Source of the DNA: Bacteroidota bacterium
Lineage (GTDB): Bacteria; Bacteroidota; Bacteroidia; Cytophagales; Cyclobacteriaceae
Direction of reading: 5' to 3'
Assembly (NCBI GenBank): GCA_047947195.1
Contig: CP170458.1
Location: 2,727,122 to 2,791,121, forward strand
Length of the DNA: 64,000 bases
Each line of letters starts with the position of its first letter. Position 1 is the first letter of the stretch. Below are positions 61,121-64,000 of the stretch, piece after piece. The translations under genes were made by a program, and so were the position numbers. The notes beneath the pieces are model-generated. The model was given only the letters and a program-made list of their open reading frames with translations, ran no database searches and had not been told where the DNA came from.

Positions 61121-62374
61121 ATGGAATTAAAAAGAGTTGTAGTCACTGGAGTTGGTGCACTTACGCCCTTAGGCAATAGCAAGGATGAATATTGGAATAG
61201 CTTGGCTAAGGGTGTAAGTGGCGCTGCCCCAATCACACGATTCGATCCCATAAAACACAGAACAAAGTTCGCTTGCGAAGTCAAGAACTTCGAACCCACT
61301 GATTTCATAGATCGTAAAGAAGCCAGAAAGATGGACCCCAATACGCAGTATGCGATGGTAGCTGCAGATGAGGCCATTATTGATTCTGGTATTGATCTGG
61401 AAACCATTGATAAAGATCAGGTGGGTATCATCTGGGGAAGTGGTATTGGGGGATTCAAGACCTTTCAGGATGAAGTATTCAACTTCGCTCAGGGAGATGG
61501 TACTCCCCGATTTAACCCCTTCTTTGTTCCGAAAATGATTATCGACATCACTCCAGGGTTGATCTCGATAAAATATGGATTCAGAGGTCCAAACTTCGCG
61601 ACAGTATCTGCATGTGCTTCTTCAAATCATGCCCTTACTGATGCTTTCAACTATATCAGACTTGGAAAAGCCAATGCCATCTTAACAGGTGGTTCAGAAG
61701 CCGGAGTACTTGAATCTGGTATTGCTGGTTTTAATGCCATGAAAGCGTTATCAGAAAGAAATGATGATCCAGCTACAGCCTCCAGGCCTTATGATAAAGA
61801 TCGGGATGGCTTTGTACTTGGCGAAGGTGCTGGTGCCATTTTCCTTGAAGAATTGGAACATGCAAAAGCGCGTGGTGCCAGGATCTATGCGGAAGTATTA
61901 GGTTGCGGTATGTCCGCAGATGCCTATCACATCACCACTCCTCATCCGGATGGTGAAGGAATCAACCTGGTTCTGAAGAATGCGCTGAAAGACGCAGAAA
62001 TTGATGTGACAAGTATTGATTACATCAACACGCATGGAACCTCTACCCCTTTAGGTGATACCGGAGAATTAAGAGCTATACAAGCCGTATTGGGTGACCA
62101 TGCTTATAATATCAACATTAGCTCAACGAAATCAATGACCGGGCATTTGCTTGGTGCAGCAGGAGCGATTGAAACCATAGCCTGCTTATTGAGCCTGGAG
62201 AAGGGGATCATCCCTCCAACCATCAACCATTTCACTGATGATCCGGATGTAGATCCAAAACTAAATCTCACATTTAACAAGGCTCAAGAACGAGAAGTAA
62301 ATGTGGCTGTCAGCAATACCTTTGGTTTTGGTGGTCATAACACGTCCGTCATATTGGGCAAATACAAGGGCTAG
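61121..62374 (+). CDS. fabF: Beta-ketoacyl-ACP synthase II.
   Basis: It has the active-site Cys (SACASS), the His-His pair (HGTSTPLGD, GHLLGAAG) and a 417 aa length. Confidence 0.95.
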   Translation: MELKRVVVTGVGALTPLGNSKDEYWNSLAKGVSGAAPITRFDPIKHRTKFACEVKNFEPTDFIDRKEARKMDPNTQYAMVAADEAIIDSGIDLETIDKDQVGIIWGSGIGGFKTFQDEVFNFAQGDGTPRFNPFFVPKMIIDITPGLISIKYGFRGPNFATVSACASSNHALTDAFNYIRLGKANAILTGGSEAGVLESGIAGFNAMKALSERNDDPATASRPYDKDRDGFVLGEGAGAIFLEELEHAKARGARIYAEVLGCGMSADAYHITTPHPDGEGINLVLKNALKDAEIDVTSIDYINTHGTSTPLGDTGELRAIQAVLGDHAYNINISSTKSMTGHLLGAAGAIETIACLLSLEKGIIPPTINHFTDDPDVDPKLNLTFNKAQEREVNVAVSNTFGFGGHNTSVILGKYKG

Positions 62375-63120
62375 TGTCTTCTATGATCCGTGTGATTTAT
62401 AGTCGATTGACAAACCTTTTTAATCGGCAGGATCGGGAACTATCCAAAAAATTTAAGCTTATTACCGGCAGAACACCCCTTAGTATTGGGCTGTATAAAA
62501 AAGCTATGCTTCATGTAAGCGCCTCCTCAGTCAATGATAAGGGCATCAAGGATTCATATGAAAGACTTGAGTATCTTGGAGACGCTGTCTTGGGGATGGT
62601 TGTAGCTGAATTGCTATTCAAAAGATTCCCATATAAGGAGGAAGGCTTTCTCACCGAGCTTAGGGCCAAAATTGTTAACAGAGAATCTCTGAATCTCCTT
62701 TCACGAAAAATAGGTCTCCAGGATATGGTTCAGTATCAAAAACATAAGGGATCAAAATTATCACACAAATCTGTGTTTGGTGACTCTTTGGAAGCATTGG
62801 TGGGAGCTGTATATATCGATCATGGTTTTAAATTTTGTAAAGAGTTCATTACCCACCGTTTGATAAAACCCCATTTTGATTTTGAAGAACTTTCAAGAAC
62901 CACAACCAATTATAAGAGCAAGATCATCGAATGGGTACAGAAAGAAAGTAAAGAAATTAAATTCGAGATCATAAACTCAAATGATAACGACAGAACCAAA
63001 CAATTTATCGCTCAGGTATTTATTGATGGGTTACCGTTAGAAAAGGGATATGGATTCAGTAAAAAGAAAGCAGAGCAGGATGCTGCGTACAAATCCATAC
63101 TTATGCTTAAAATAGAATAG
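62374..63120 (+). CDS. rnc: Ribonuclease III.
   Basis: The ERLEYLGDAVL catalytic signature is followed by a C-terminal dsRBD. Confidence 0.9.
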   Translation: MSSMIRVIYSRLTNLFNRQDRELSKKFKLITGRTPLSIGLYKKAMLHVSASSVNDKGIKDSYERLEYLGDAVLGMVVAELLFKRFPYKEEGFLTELRAKIVNRESLNLLSRKIGLQDMVQYQKHKGSKLSHKSVFGDSLEALVGAVYIDHGFKFCKEFITHRLIKPHFDFEELSRTTTNYKSKIIEWVQKESKEIKFEIINSNDNDRTKQFIAQVFIDGLPLEKGYGFSKKKAEQDAAYKSILMLKIE

Positions 63121-64000
63121 TGGGAAAACTGAAAATCGGTGGGGCCAGTCTCAATCAGGTACCAATGGATTGGGACAATAATCTTGGGAATATTTTCTCT
63201 GCCATTGAAAAGGCAAAAGAAGATAACGTGAAAATACTTTGCCTTCCCGAATTAGCGATTACAGGTTACGGTTGTGAGGATATGTTTCTTAGTGAATGGC
63301 TACCCAAAAAAGCATTTGAAAAACTACCCGAAATTGTTAATAAAACAGATGGTATTTCGGTCGCCGTAGGTTTGCCCATCATTTTTGAGCAAAGTGTTTT
63401 TAATACAGTTTGTTACATCGCAAACAAAAAAGTACTTGGATTTTACGCTAAACAAAAACTGGCGAATGATGGTGTTCATTATGAACCAAGATGGTTCACT
63501 CCATGGGTATCTGAAAGAATCACCGAGATAGACTTTATGAATCTCAAAGTTCCTTTTGGTCACATCACCATAAGAGACTATGATTTGACCATAGGTTTTG
63601 AAATCTGCGAAGATGCCTGGAGAGCGGATAGGCCTGGTTGTCATATAATCAATGAGGATGTGGATCTTTTCCTTAACCCAAGCGCCAGTCATTTTGCTTT
63701 TGGAAAGGCCGCATTCAGAGAAAACCTGGTTATTGAGAGCTCAAAGCTCCTTGACTGCACTTACCTGTATGCCAATTTACTTGGAAATGAATCAGGACGG
63801 ATGATCTATGATGGTGATATCATCATTGCCCAGGCAGGAGAATTAAAGGCCAGAAATACCAGATTATCCTATCAAAACATAAACATACTTTCTACTGAAG
63901 TAGACTTTGAAGATCCGGGTAAAACTGACCTTCAGATACTCCCAGACATTAAGGAATCTATTCATGAATTTGGCCAGGTAGCTTCTCTTGCCCTGTTTGA
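63120..64000 (+). CDS. nadE: Glutamine-dependent NAD+ synthetase, N-terminal carbon-nitrogen hydrolase domain. It is 3'-truncated by the window edge.
   Basis: The frame is open from the GTG at 63120 to the window end. It has the CN-hydrolase motifs (LCLPELAITGY, catalytic Cys in EICED). It is missing from the ORF track because it has no stop. Confidence 0.7.
   Translation, partial: MGKLKIGGASLNQVPMDWDNNLGNIFSAIEKAKEDNVKILCLPELAITGYGCEDMFLSEWLPKKAFEKLPEIVNKTDGISVAVGLPIIFEQSVFNTVCYIANKKVLGFYAKQKLANDGVHYEPRWFTPWVSERITEIDFMNLKVPFGHITIRDYDLTIGFEICEDAWRADRPGCHIINEDVDLFLNPSASHFAFGKAAFRENLVIESSKLLDCTYLYANLLGNESGRMIYDGDIIIAQAGELKARNTRLSYQNINILSTEVDFEDPGKTDLQILPDIKESIHEFGQVASLALF

Noticed and set aside
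63324-63692. A 122-aa minus-strand ORF.
   Set aside because: It is antisense to the continuous nadE reading frame, which carries clear CN-hydrolase motifs.

Overview
The window is a chromosomal segment with Bacteroidetes character: Bacteroidetes-type protein families, tight gene packing with frequent ATGA overlaps, and little evidence of Shine-Dalgarno sequences. It is mostly housekeeping: secG-groES-groEL, a POT peptide transporter, pckA, mgsA, a NupC nucleoside transporter, a GH92 mannosidase, a bifunctional-nuclease/etfA/etfB operon, dnaB, bioB, sppA, folK, pfkA, miaA, pyk, acpP-fabF-rnc and a 3'-truncated nadE. Embedded in this are: (i) a roughly 13.5 kb surface-glycan locus at 36.9-50.5 kb that is unusually rich in methyltransferases and carries a YfhO-family membrane protein but no recognisable polymerase or priming transferase; (ii) a standalone HIRAN-domain protein; (iii) a VapBC toxin-antitoxin pair; (iv) two cytoplasmic hybrid histidine-kinase modules, one with a LytTR regulator and one with a CheY-like receiver, a small ORF, an MBL hydrolase and an NFACT protein; (v) a YqiJ/flotillin pair; (vi) several short cis-element candidates in intergenic regions. 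The fucosyltransferase-like gene in the glycan locus has its conserved N-terminal motif upstream of any canonical start codon. I found no rRNA, tRNA, CRISPR array or obvious IS/transposase. Everything here comes from reading the sequence and ORF translations; no database searches were run.
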